Shown here piece after piece: positions 36,602 to 46,635 of a stretch of DNA of 64,000 bases (position 1 is its first letter; each line of letters opens with the position of its first letter). The translations under genes and the position numbers were made by a program. The DNA lies in IMG/VR virus record IMGVR_UViG_3300021400_001748, one strand, 5' to 3'. The notes beneath the pieces are model-generated. The model was not told the origin of the DNA, ran no database searches, and was given only the letters and a program-made list of their open reading frames with translations. Source of the stretch: an uncultured virus (IMG/VR IMGVR_UViG_3300021400_001748). Its lineage: Duplodnaviria; Heunggongvirae; Uroviricota; Caudoviricetes.

Positions 36602-39600
36602 ATGCGACATTTTGTGCGAATTGATTGCGAAATTAGGGAGGCAAAACGCAACGGAAAAAAGAGGTTATATTTGATCGTAAAACCGGCCTATAACATCACT
36701 GCAAAAGACATCATGAAGAAGGGCGGAAAGTTCTATGCAATCCTCGATAGAAATACCGGAATGTGGTCAACAGATGAAGGCGATGTAGCCACCATAATCG
36801 ACAACGATATAAAAGAGTATGTGAAGACACAATGCCGTAAGGATGAAGCCGGGAATTATATTTGGCATGATAGAGCAGATGACACTTATTTGCCAGTTCA
36901 TATGCTATTAATTGATGATAGCACTTCTGGCCAGCTTCTTGAGTTCAATAGATGGTTTAATAACCTCCCTCCGAATCATAACTATGTACAGCTTGATTCA
37001 GATATCACATTTAAAGATGACGCGGTTACTCCTGAAATGTACAGAAGCAAGCGACTGTCATATAGTATAAGTCCTGGAGACATTGAAGCCTATGACAGAC
37101 TTATGAGCGTATTATATTCTGAGCAGGATAGAGAAAAAATTGAATGGTCTATTGGATCAGTGTTCACAGGGATGTCTAAGAAGATTGAGAAGATTCTTGT
37201 TCTTTACGGAAAACCTGGAAGCGGAAAGTCGACAGTACTTGATCTTATCAAAGAATTGTTCAAAGGATACTGGGCTCCGTTTGTTGCAAGTGAGCTTGTC
37301 AGTAAAACGAATCAGTTTGCGACTGCAGTGTTTAAGGACAATCCTTTAATAGCAATTCAGGACGATGGCAGTCTTGCCAAGATCGAGTCTCCAGTCATTA
37401 ATGAAATTATATCCCATAAGGATGTAATGATTAATGAGAAGTCTAAGCAGCAGTATGCAATCCGTTCAAACGCATTCTTATTTCTCGCCACCAATGAGGT
37501 TGTAGACATACGCGATAGAAAACTTGGCATCACAAGAAGGCTTCTTGACGTTTATCCATCTGGCAAAAAAATACCGGAAGATGAATTTGACTCAATCGTT
37601 GAAAGACTGAGATTTGAACTTGGAGCAATAGCTGATCATTGCATAACGGTATTTAAAACTCTTGGCAAGAATTACTATAGTCGATACGAGCCAATGAAGA
37701 TGATCGAAAAAACTAATCCTCTTCAGAATTTCTTGTTTGATAACTTAGACAGTCTCATGGGCAAGGAGTTCTACTTTCGTGATCAATTATATTCTGATTA
37801 CAAAAATTACTTTGAAGAAAGTGGTTTTGGGTATCCGCCAAAAAGAATGGACTTCACTGAGCAAGTAACAGAATATTTTGAAACATATGAAAAGACGAAG
37901 TGGATCCCAGGAAGAGGAACTGTTAGAAATGTGTTTTCAGGTCTAAAGGTAAATAAGATTTGCGGACTTGGAGAAAGTGACACTGTAAAAAAGTCGTCGA
38001 CGTGGCTTAACTTTGATCAGACGGAATCAATTCTTGATGAATTATATTCTGATCAGCCTGCACAGTATGCAAAAGATGACGGAACTCCAAAAAATAAATG
38101 GAGTAAAGTCAAGACGAAACTTAAAGACATGGATAAGTCCAAGCTTTATTGGGTGAAGTTTCCTGAGAATGTGATAAAGATGGATTTTGACTTGACTGAC
38201 AAAGACGGGAATAAGTCGCTGGAGGAGAATGTTAAGGCGGCTTCTAAGTTTCCTCCAACTTACGGTGAGTTGTCAAAGTCTGGTCAAGGCATTCACCTTT
38301 ATTATATTTACGATGGAGACCCTAGCGAGCTTGAAGATATGTTCGCTGAACATATTGAAATCAAGAAATCATTTGGCGACAGATCACATAGACGACTTAT
38401 CACGAAATGTAATAATCTACAATTAGCTCATTTAAGCACGGGACTTCCGTTGAAAGGAGAGGGGGTCAAAGTGATAGACGAAAATGTAGTAGCAACAGAA
38501 AAGGGATTGCGGACAACTATTCTGAAATGCACTCACAAAGAAGTTCATGGCGATACGAGATCAAATATTGATTTCATTTACAAAGTTCTTGAAGATGCTT
38601 ACAACAGCGGACTCAAGTATGATGTGTCTGATATGAGACAGGAAGTACTTATATTCGCTATGAATTCAACTCACCAGTCTGAATACTGTGTCAACAAAGT
38701 CGGAGAAATGAAGTTCTCATCTGAAGAAGCTGGACGATATGATGACAGCTATGATCCAGATGGACCAATTATATTCTTCGACTATGAAGTTTTTCCAAAC
38801 CTTGTATTACTTTGCTATAAAGTACAAGGCGAAGGAAATCCAGTAACTAAAATATTTAATCCTACTCCGAAACAGATTCAAGATTTTCTTGGAATGGAGC
38901 AGAAGTACAAGAACAAAGTCATAGGATTCAATAACAAAGAATATGATAATCACATAACTTATGCTCTTCTTATGGGCAAGACACCTTATGAGGTCTTTAT
39001 TATATCTCAGGGAATCATTAATAAAGAGAAAGGTGCTAAGTTTAGAGAAGCTTACAATTTATCGTATTCAGATATCAGAGACTTTTGTCCAAATAAGCAG
39101 TCACTAAAGAAATGGGAGATTCAGCTTGGCATTCATCATCAGGAACTTGGATTCAGATGGGATGAGCCGGTCGATGAAAAAGATTGGCCGACAGTAGCAT
39201 CGTATTGCGAAAATGATGTCATTGCAACTGAAGCAGTTTTTGAAGCTAATCAGGCAGCTTGGAAAGGAAGACAGATCTTAGTAGATCTTGCGAATATCCT
39301 TATTGGGCCTGGATCAACGGTTAATGACAGTACGAATCAGCTTACAACAAAACTGATAGTCGGGAACGAAAAGAATCCTCAGCGGTATTACAATTATCCA
39401 GATTTAGCAAAAGAGTTCCCAGGATATGAATTTAACAAGTTCGGCATTGATAAGTCTCGTTATATTTCAAAAGATGTTATTATCAGCGGCAAATCTATTT
39501 ACAAAGGCTACGATCCTGGAGAAGGTGGCTTTGTCTGGGCAAATCATGGAATGTACGGAAGAGCCATAAGCTTTGATAGTGCTTCTCATCATCCTAGCTC

Positions 39601-40606
39601 AATAATTGCTGAGAATGGATTCGGCAAGTTCACAGAAAACTTTAAACGGCTTCTTGATTTGAGACTTCATGTGAAACATAAAGAGTATGACATTATCAGA
39701 AGCATGTACAATGGAGCGTTGGCAAAATATCTGCAAACAGATGAAGATGCCGATGCTCTTTCTTTTGCACTTAAGATAGCAATCAATAGTGTATACGGCC
39801 TTACAGCAGCTACATTTCCTCATCCTCTTCGTGATCCGAGGAATATCGACAATTGGGTTGCTAAGCGCGGAGCACTATTCATGATTGATTTGATGCTTAA
39901 TGTAAGAGCTATGGGCTACACCGTGCTACATTGTAAGACGGATTCGATAAAGGTCCTTAATCCTGACGAGAAGGTAGCCAATTATATTTACGAATATGGC
40001 AAGAAGTTTGGATACACCTTTGAGATTGAGCATATCTTTGATCGTATTTGTCTTGTTAATGATGCTGTTTACGTCTGTAAGTATACAGAAGATCCTGAAA
40101 ATGGAAAGCATGCTGGCAAATGGGATGCTACTGGAAAACAGTTTCAGGTTCCGTATGTTTTCAAGACTCTATTCTCGCATGAGCCAATAGAGTTTGAAGA
40201 CATGTGCGAAACGAAGAACGTCGAGACGGCATTATATTTGGATTACAACGAAAATCTGCCTGATGGAGAGCATGATTATCAGTTCGTTGGAAAGACAGGT
40301 CAGTTTTGTCCTATAAAGCCTGGCTGTGGTGGAGCTCTTCTTATGCGAGAGAAAGATGGAAAGTACGCCGCTGCAGAAAGTACGAAAGGATATAGATGGC
40401 TTGAGGCAGAAGTTGTAAAGAAGTTTGAAAAAGAGGACACTATTGACACTTCATACTATGAAGTCATGGTAAATAAAGCATTGGACAAAATTGGCGAATT
40501 CGGAAGCTATGAAAAGTTTGTTTCTGATGAGCCTATTGATCCTCCATTACCAGATTTCATGAATATCCCGGAAACAGATGAAGAAGAATTGCCATGGGCA
40601 CTTTAA
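36602..40606 (+). CDS. fused SF3 (D5-like) helicase, primase-like domain, 3'-5' exonuclease and family-B-like DNA polymerase
   Basis: Walker A GKPGSGKST; DFD and SKSGQGIHLYY; Exo motifs FDYE, GFNNKEYD, YCENDV; Pol motifs DSASHHPS, KIAINSVYG, KTDS. Confidence 0.88.
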   Translation: MRHFVRIDCEIREAKRNGKKRLYLIVKPAYNITAKDIMKKGGKFYAILDRNTGMWSTDEGDVATIIDNDIKEYVKTQCRKDEAGNYIWHDRADDTYLPVHMLLIDDSTSGQLLEFNRWFNNLPPNHNYVQLDSDITFKDDAVTPEMYRSKRLSYSISPGDIEAYDRLMSVLYSEQDREKIEWSIGSVFTGMSKKIEKILVLYGKPGSGKSTVLDLIKELFKGYWAPFVASELVSKTNQFATAVFKDNPLIAIQDDGSLAKIESPVINEIISHKDVMINEKSKQQYAIRSNAFLFLATNEVVDIRDRKLGITRRLLDVYPSGKKIPEDEFDSIVERLRFELGAIADHCITVFKTLGKNYYSRYEPMKMIEKTNPLQNFLFDNLDSLMGKEFYFRDQLYSDYKNYFEESGFGYPPKRMDFTEQVTEYFETYEKTKWIPGRGTVRNVFSGLKVNKICGLGESDTVKKSSTWLNFDQTESILDELYSDQPAQYAKDDGTPKNKWSKVKTKLKDMDKSKLYWVKFPENVIKMDFDLTDKDGNKSLEENVKAASKFPPTYGELSKSGQGIHLYYIYDGDPSELEDMFAEHIEIKKSFGDRSHRRLITKCNNLQLAHLSTGLPLKGEGVKVIDENVVATEKGLRTTILKCTHKEVHGDTRSNIDFIYKVLEDAYNSGLKYDVSDMRQEVLIFAMNSTHQSEYCVNKVGEMKFSSEEAGRYDDSYDPDGPIIFFDYEVFPNLVLLCYKVQGEGNPVTKIFNPTPKQIQDFLGMEQKYKNKVIGFNNKEYDNHITYALLMGKTPYEVFIISQGIINKEKGAKFREAYNLSYSDIRDFCPNKQSLKKWEIQLGIHHQELGFRWDEPVDEKDWPTVASYCENDVIATEAVFEANQAAWKGRQILVDLANILIGPGSTVNDSTNQLTTKLIVGNEKNPQRYYNYPDLAKEFPGYEFNKFGIDKSRYISKDVIISGKSIYKGYDPGEGGFVWANHGMYGRAISFDSASHHPSSIIAENGFGKFTENFKRLLDLRLHVKHKEYDIIRSMYNGALAKYLQTDEDADALSFALKIAINSVYGLTAATFPHPLRDPRNIDNWVAKRGALFMIDLMLNVRAMGYTVLHCKTDSIKVLNPDEKVANYIYEYGKKFGYTFEIEHIFDRICLVNDAVYVCKYTEDPENGKHAGKWDATGKQFQVPYVFKTLFSHEPIEFEDMCETKNVETALYLDYNENLPDGEHDYQFVGKTGQFCPIKPGCGGALLMREKDGKYAAAESTKGYRWLEAEVVKKFEKEDTIDTSYYEVMVNKALDKIGEFGSYEKFVSDEPIDPPLPDFMNIPETDEEELPWAL

Positions 40607-40630
40607 CAAAGAGAAAGGAGAATTATATTT

Positions 40631-41134
40631 ATGGCAAGAGTATTTGACCTTGATTTTGAAAACGTACGAATTGTATCTAGAGATTTTGGCGGAGAGACAT
40701 TTGGACCTGATCAGAGGCAGTTTAAAGTTGTTATTGAGGATCCTGAATTCATCCAGAAGCTTATTAATGACGGAGTTAAGATCTGGTGCCCTGAGAAGCA
40801 GAGCCCTGATGATCCACCTGTTGGATACATGACCGTTAAAGTTAGCTATAGATTTGGAGCACCTAAGATTGCCCTTCTTACTCCTGAAGGTAATGCTCAC
40901 CTTTTTGATGAGAGATCTGTGCATGAGCTTGACAGAGCATGGATCAAGGACGTTGAACTTCACGTTCATGGCAGCACCTGGGAACGTCCGAATGGACAGA
41001 AAGGCATCTCTGTCTATCTTGACACACTTGTTGGCCATCTGATCAGTAAAGAAGAGCGTGATCAGCTCATGCAGGAATCTCAGTATACAAATGATCCTGT
41101 GAGAAACAAGTATAAAGGAATTTTTGGAGAATAA
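40631..41134 (+). CDS. putative single-stranded DNA-binding protein
   Basis: Located between polymerase and helicase; beta-rich pattern (GISVYLDTL). Confidence 0.6.
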   Translation: MARVFDLDFENVRIVSRDFGGETFGPDQRQFKVVIEDPEFIQKLINDGVKIWCPEKQSPDDPPVGYMTVKVSYRFGAPKIALLTPEGNAHLFDERSVHELDRAWIKDVELHVHGSTWERPNGQKGISVYLDTLVGHLISKEERDQLMQESQYTNDPVRNKYKGIFGE

Positions 41135-41137
41135 ACT

Positions 41138-42355
41138 ATGGAATTATATTCTCACCAGATTAAAGCTATAGATAAGCTTAAAAACGGTTCGATACTTTGT
41201 GGTGATGTTGGCACCGGAAAAAGTAGAACAGCACTTGCTTACTATTACACAAAAGTATGCGGTGGGAGTATGGAAGTTAACGATGAAGGTGCCTGGGGAG
41301 ATCCAACAGCTCCTCGGGACCTTTTTATTATCACCACTGCTAAGAAACGAGATGATTGTGAATGGCTTAAAGAATGCATTCCATTTGGCATTGGTTCCGA
41401 TCCAAATATCAGCATTTCAGGAATTAAGGTCACTGTAGACTCTTGGAACAACATTCGAAAATATGTAAATGTCTACGGAGCGTTTTTCATTTTTGATGAA
41501 CAGAGAGTTTGCGGATATGGAGCTTGGGTAAAGGCATTCTTTAAGATCACTAAGAAAAATCAATGGATTCTGCTTTCTGCAACTCCTGGCGATACATGGT
41601 CTGATTATATTCCTGTGTTTATAGCAAACGGATTCTACAGAAACAAAACAGACTTCAATTCACAGCATTGCATTTTCAGCCCGTATACGAATTATCCAAA
41701 AATTGAGAAATATGTGAATATAGGCACTTTGATGAGACACCGTCAGGAAATCTTAGTTCGGATGAAATATAGAAAGCAGGCTGAACAGCATCATCTCTAC
41801 ATTCAAACACTTTATGATAAGCAATTATATTTGCAAGTTTTCAAATATCGATGGGATCCATATGACAATGCCCCAATAGACGAAACTGGCAAATTGTGTT
41901 ATCTACTTAGAAAGGTGGTGAATTCAGATATCAGCAGAATAGAGGCTGTAAGAGACATCTTGAAAGATCATAAAAAAGTTATAGTGTTTTATAACTTCAC
42001 TTATGAGCTTGAAATGTTACGAGATCTTTTTACAGCTCTTAAGATTTCGTTTACAGAGTGGAATGGACAAAAGCATGAGACTATTTCAGATGGCGACACT
42101 TGGGGCTACTTTGTTCAGTACTCTGCTGGCTGTGAAGGTTGGAATTGTATCACTACTGACACAATTATATTCTATTCTCAAAACTATTCATACAGAATGA
42201 CTGTTCAGGCTTCTGGCAGAATAGACAGAATGAATACGCCATTTACAGATTTGTACTATTACCATTTGAAATCTTCATCGCCAATAGATTCTGCAATAGC
42301 TCGTGCTTTGCATAACAAAAAGAACTTTAACGAGAAAGGCTTTTTAGGAGGGTAA
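41138..42355 (+). CDS. SF2 (SNF2/DEAD-like) helicase
   Basis: GDVGTGKS, FDEQ, LSATPG, EGWN and QASGRIDR motifs. Confidence 0.9.
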   Translation: MELYSHQIKAIDKLKNGSILCGDVGTGKSRTALAYYYTKVCGGSMEVNDEGAWGDPTAPRDLFIITTAKKRDDCEWLKECIPFGIGSDPNISISGIKVTVDSWNNIRKYVNVYGAFFIFDEQRVCGYGAWVKAFFKITKKNQWILLSATPGDTWSDYIPVFIANGFYRNKTDFNSQHCIFSPYTNYPKIEKYVNIGTLMRHRQEILVRMKYRKQAEQHHLYIQTLYDKQLYLQVFKYRWDPYDNAPIDETGKLCYLLRKVVNSDISRIEAVRDILKDHKKVIVFYNFTYELEMLRDLFTALKISFTEWNGQKHETISDGDTWGYFVQYSAGCEGWNCITTDTIIFYSQNYSYRMTVQASGRIDRMNTPFTDLYYYHLKSSSPIDSAIARALHNKKNFNEKGFLGG

Positions 42356-42401
42356 GCCATAATATTATATTTAAAAGCAGTCTTTGCAGGTGCTATAAAT
42401 T

Positions 42402-42427
42402 CGCAAAAATTACAAGGCGTATAATAG
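42402..42427 (+). promoter_or_regulatory. copy of the repeated promoter motif upstream of the nuclease-RNAP operon
   Basis: CGCAAAAATTACAAGGCGTATAATAG. Confidence 0.7.
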
Positions 42428-42497
42428 AAGAGAAGGGATAGAATACGGCATTTCTAGAACTTCTTTTAATTTTCGAATTATTGAGAGGTGCCTTGTA

Positions 42498-42788
42498 ATG
42501 TTAGAAAACAACTTCCAGAAGAAGATCAAAAAAGAGATAAAAGAACGATTTCCTGGTTGCTACATTTACAAGACAGATTCTCAGCAGATTCAGGGAAGTC
42601 CTGATCTTTTAATTTTGCATAAAGACAAATGGGCTGCCCTTGAAGTTAAGAAAAGCGAGAATGCACCGCATAGACCAAATCAGGATTACAGAGTGAGGCA
42701 AATGAACGAGATGTCATATGCCTCTTTTATTTTTCCCGAAAATAAGGAGAAAGTGTTAAATGATTTGGAAAGATTATTCAAAGCTTAA
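42498..42788 (+). CDS. VRR-NUC domain nuclease
   Basis: GSPDL, LEVK and PNQ motifs. Confidence 0.85.
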   Translation: MLENNFQKKIKKEIKERFPGCYIYKTDSQQIQGSPDLLILHKDKWAALEVKKSENAPHRPNQDYRVRQMNEMSYASFIFPENKEKVLNDLERLFKA

Positions 42789-43389
42789 GAATACTCATGC
42801 ATTCTGCGGCGCTAGTAACTACAGATGGCGAAACTACGATCCTGAGAAACTGATTCAGAGCAAAGAGAATAGTTATGCTACAACTATTGGAACTCTTCTT
42901 CATGACAGAGCGGCGCATTATATTTCAAAACCGAAAAAGATGATTAAGAGTTCTAAAATCAGCATCTATGATTACTTGACAATTGATAATGACATTCCTG
43001 AGTCAGCTATCGACATCGACAGGCTGTTTCCGAACCTCATGAATTATGTGAATGAAACGATAGCCTTTGAGATGGATCCTGAAATAACATTATATTTCTC
43101 TGACAACTTTTATGGAACTGCAGATGCCATTTCATGGGAAGATGGATTGCTTAGAATATCTGACTTAAAGACAGGAGTTACTCCTGCTTCCTTTATGCAG
43201 CTTGAAAACTATGCTGTCTTCTTCTGCCTTGATTACAAGATTAAACCGTCACAGATCAAGAAACTTGAGTTTAGAATTTATCAAAACAACGAAGTACTGT
43301 TTGCTGATCCAGATCCGCACATATTGAACCCGATTATCGAGCAGGTAATTGAGTTCAATAAGATTCTTTCAGACTTCGAGAGGAGATAG
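42760..43389 (+). CDS. PD-(D/E)XK Cas4-like (DUF2800-like) exonuclease
   Basis: GTLLH, GTADAI, DLKTG and QLENYA motifs. Confidence 0.8.
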   Translation: MIWKDYSKLKNTHAFCGASNYRWRNYDPEKLIQSKENSYATTIGTLLHDRAAHYISKPKKMIKSSKISIYDYLTIDNDIPESAIDIDRLFPNLMNYVNETIAFEMDPEITLYFSDNFYGTADAISWEDGLLRISDLKTGVTPASFMQLENYAVFFCLDYKIKPSQIKKLEFRIYQNNEVLFADPDPHILNPIIEQVIEFNKILSDFERR

Positions 43390-43391
43390 AA

Positions 43392-46256
43392 ATGGACAAT
43401 TATATTTCATCAGCAAATGACGAAATGTTAGATGAATTCTTAATGCACTATGGTGTTGGTCCTGATGACAATCCACCTGGCAGAGGATCAGGAAGATATG
43501 CAAAAGGCAGCGGTGACAATCCGCTTCAGCACGACACTAGCATTTTGGGCGTTGTCGCAGACATGAAAAAGCAAGGCATGTCAGAGTCTGATATAGCTTT
43601 AGCACTTGGGTTTGTGAACCGTAAAGGTAAACCATCTACGACATCACTTAGAGCTGCACAGTCTATTGCTAAAGATCAGAGAAAGCTCGATCTGTCACAA
43701 ATGGTTCCAAGGTATAAAGAAAGCGGCATGAGCAATCAGGCTATAGCTTCTAAACTTGGAATCTCTGAATCGTCTGTTCGTAACTATCTTGATAAAGACA
43801 GAACAATTCAGCTTGGTAAGGCAACCAATGTTGCTAACAGACTGAAAGAAGAATTAAAAACGAAGCATTATATTGACGTTGGTCCTGGTGTCGAGCTTGA
43901 AAACGGCGTTTCTGCTGAACGAATGAAGACAGCACTTGAGATGATGAAGCAAGAAGGATACAAGATTCATCTTGTAAACGTTGAGCAAGTTGGAAATCCT
44001 GGGAAATACACAACGATCAAAGTAGTAGGTGAACCAGATACTGAATGGAAGACTGTTGTTCAAGATCCAAGCCTTATAAAGCCATTTCAGAGCTATGCTC
44101 AGAATGACGGTGAAACTGTTCTTGGACTTAGACCAGTTAAGTCAATTGATTCGAAGCGAGTCTATATTAATTACACTGATGAAAATGGTAAAGGCGGCGC
44201 TGAGAAAGACGGAACCATTGAACTTAGACGAGGCGTTGAAGACATTTCTCTTGGCAACAGTAGATATGCTCAGGTTCGAATTGGTGTAGATGGCACTCAT
44301 TACATGAAAGGTATGGCTATTTATAGTGATAACATACCTGACGGTTATGATGTTGTCTATAACACTAATAAAAAGATTGGAACTCCTCCCGAAGATGTCT
44401 TCAAACCTATGAAAAGGATTAAGAATCCAGATGGTTCTGATGGTCCAATCAATCAGGAGAATCCATTTGGTGCTTCTATTAAGCCTTTCAATGCTGGAGG
44501 CCAGAGCTACTGTCTTGATAAGAATGGCAATCCTACTGATCAGCTTAGAGTTATCAATAAGATTAATGATCAGGGCGACTATGCTGAGTGGTCTAAGACT
44601 ATTTCGGCACAGGTTCTTGCTAAGCAGCCATTACCACTTATCAGAAGACAGCTTGAGCTTACTTACCAGGACAAAGTTGAACAGTACAATACCATCAAGT
44701 CGTTAGATAATCCAACAATCAAGAAGAAATTGCTTGAATCATTTGCCGATGATTGTGATGCTTCTGCCGTTCACCTTAAAGCTCAGGCATTTCCTGGTCA
44801 GGCTAGTCATGCTATCATACCAATTCCTTCTTTAGCCGGCGATGACAACTACAAGAAGAAGCATGGCGTTGATGGTGAGATCTATGCACCGAATTATGAG
44901 AATGGAACGACTGTTGCTCTTATACGATACCCGCATGCTGGCACATTTGAGATTCCTATTCTTAGAGTTAATAATAACAACAAAGAAGGTCGCGCTGTTC
45001 TTGGCAATGCTCCTGACGCTGTTGGAATTAATGCTAAGATTGCAGAACGATTATCAGGTGCCGACTTTGATGGCGACACTGTTTCTGTAATACCTACAAC
45101 TCATACGAATATTCTTAGTACACCAAGACTTGACGGACTTAAGAACTTCGATCCTAAGATGTATAAGTTTGCTGACCCAAATGCACCCGGCATTAAGTCA
45201 CAAACTAAGCAGACTGAGATGGGTAAGGTTACAAACCTGATTGCAGATATGCAGATCAAGGGTGCTAAGCCTGAAGAGATTGTAAGAGCTGTTAAACATT
45301 CCATGGTTGTTATCGATTCAGAGAAGCATCATCTTGATTACAAGGCATCCGAAGCTGACAACAGAATTAAAGAGTTGAAAGAACTGTACCAGAGAACTCC
45401 TGAAGGTACTGGCGCTTCCACACTCATCACTCGTGCTGGATCAGAGAAGCATATTCCTGAGCGTAAGGTTGGCAGTGTTGAGATTACAGATCCTGTTACT
45501 GGCAAGACACGTAAGTATTATGGAGTTGATCCTCGTACTGGCGAGAAGATACTTGTGCCTACTGGTAATACTTATGAGAAAGATGGCAAGACAGTAACAA
45601 GAACGGAGACAGTTCCTTGGATGTCAATCAAGACTGACGCAAGAGAACTGATGTCATCACGTAGTAATCCAAACCCGGTAGAGCTGGCTTATGCGAACTA
45701 TGCTAACCGTATGAAAGCTATGGCTCTTGAAGCTAGGAAGGAAGCAGTGAATACCCCCGGACTCAAGAGAGACCCCCAGGCTGCCAGGGAGTACCGTGAA
45801 GAAGTTGATACCCTCACCTCTAAACTGAACATCGCTTTAAAGAATGCACCTAAAGAAAGGCAAGCTCAGATCATTGCTAATGTCACCTATAAGAATCAGA
45901 TAGAATCTAACCCATCCCTGAAGGAGGATAAGACCTATCTGAAGAGACTACGTGGCCAGGCACTTGACGCCGCTCGTCGACGCATTGGCGCTGGCAAAAC
46001 AAGGATAGACATAACTGATAGGGAATGGGAAGCTATTCAAAAGGGTGCCATTAGTGATGCAAAGCTTAGAAAGATTCTGGATAACACCAAATCTGAAGAG
46101 ATTGTTAAGCGTGCAACTCCAAGAGAAAACAAAGCTTTGTCTGCAAGCAGGGAGGCATTAGCTAAAACAATGGCCGCCTCTGGTTACACACAGGCAGAGA
46201 TAGCACAGAGACTTGGCGTGTCTGTCACTACTGTATCTAAAGCTATTAATGGTTAA
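43392..46256 (+). CDS. single-chain double-psi-barrel RNA polymerase-like protein with HTH domains
   Basis: RYPHAG followed by LSGADFDGD catalytic-type motif; HTH-like segments at both ends. Confidence 0.75.
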   Translation: MDNYISSANDEMLDEFLMHYGVGPDDNPPGRGSGRYAKGSGDNPLQHDTSILGVVADMKKQGMSESDIALALGFVNRKGKPSTTSLRAAQSIAKDQRKLDLSQMVPRYKESGMSNQAIASKLGISESSVRNYLDKDRTIQLGKATNVANRLKEELKTKHYIDVGPGVELENGVSAERMKTALEMMKQEGYKIHLVNVEQVGNPGKYTTIKVVGEPDTEWKTVVQDPSLIKPFQSYAQNDGETVLGLRPVKSIDSKRVYINYTDENGKGGAEKDGTIELRRGVEDISLGNSRYAQVRIGVDGTHYMKGMAIYSDNIPDGYDVVYNTNKKIGTPPEDVFKPMKRIKNPDGSDGPINQENPFGASIKPFNAGGQSYCLDKNGNPTDQLRVINKINDQGDYAEWSKTISAQVLAKQPLPLIRRQLELTYQDKVEQYNTIKSLDNPTIKKKLLESFADDCDASAVHLKAQAFPGQASHAIIPIPSLAGDDNYKKKHGVDGEIYAPNYENGTTVALIRYPHAGTFEIPILRVNNNNKEGRAVLGNAPDAVGINAKIAERLSGADFDGDTVSVIPTTHTNILSTPRLDGLKNFDPKMYKFADPNAPGIKSQTKQTEMGKVTNLIADMQIKGAKPEEIVRAVKHSMVVIDSEKHHLDYKASEADNRIKELKELYQRTPEGTGASTLITRAGSEKHIPERKVGSVEITDPVTGKTRKYYGVDPRTGEKILVPTGNTYEKDGKTVTRTETVPWMSIKTDARELMSSRSNPNPVELAYANYANRMKAMALEARKEAVNTPGLKRDPQAAREYREEVDTLTSKLNIALKNAPKERQAQIIANVTYKNQIESNPSLKEDKTYLKRLRGQALDAARRRIGAGKTRIDITDREWEAIQKGAISDAKLRKILDNTKSEEIVKRATPRENKALSASREALAKTMAASGYTQAEIAQRLGVSVTTVSKAING

Positions 46257-46260
46257 CGTT

Positions 46261-46521
46261 ATGGAAAAAGAATTTGCTTTAACTACTTCTGACAATCCTT
46301 TTAATCCAATAAAAGACTTTGATCGTTGGTTCTTCTTTGATCAAATTGAAAAAGGTTATTGCACTTGTCAGTATTTAGATTCAATTAGTATGAGGGGAGA
46401 CGGACTTGGTGACGTGCTGAACGATGAAATCATTGAAGCAGCAATTGATGAAGCTGTTCAACTTGACTTGATTGCTCTTCGAACAGAAAACAAAGTACAC
46501 TACGTCAAGGTAACTGGATAA
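46261..46521 (+). CDS. small acidic phage protein
   Basis: LTTSDNPFNP..DFDRW..FD motif. Confidence 0.65.
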   Translation: MEKEFALTTSDNPFNPIKDFDRWFFFDQIEKGYCTCQYLDSISMRGDGLGDVLNDEIIEAAIDEAVQLDLIALRTENKVHYVKVTG

Positions 46522-46566
46522 GTGACAGGGGGAGGGGCACACAAAATTAACCCCTCCCTCCTACAT

Positions 46567-46575
46567 CGCCGGCCT
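46567..46575 (+). other. putative cos site (cohesive end) CGCCGGCCT
   Basis: GC-rich 9-mer in an AT-rich genome, between the RNAP operon and terS, preceded by GGGGGAGGGG/CCCCTCCC repeats. Confidence 0.6.
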
Positions 46576-46635
46576 CTTCAAAAATTCTCCGGAGGATTAT
46601 ATTTTGGGAACTTTTTTAACCCAGACTTCCCTTGG

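Noticed and set aside
42760..43389. Cas4-like gene as part of a CRISPR system
   Set aside because: It is a stand-alone PD-(D/E)XK nuclease in a replication module, which is common in phages
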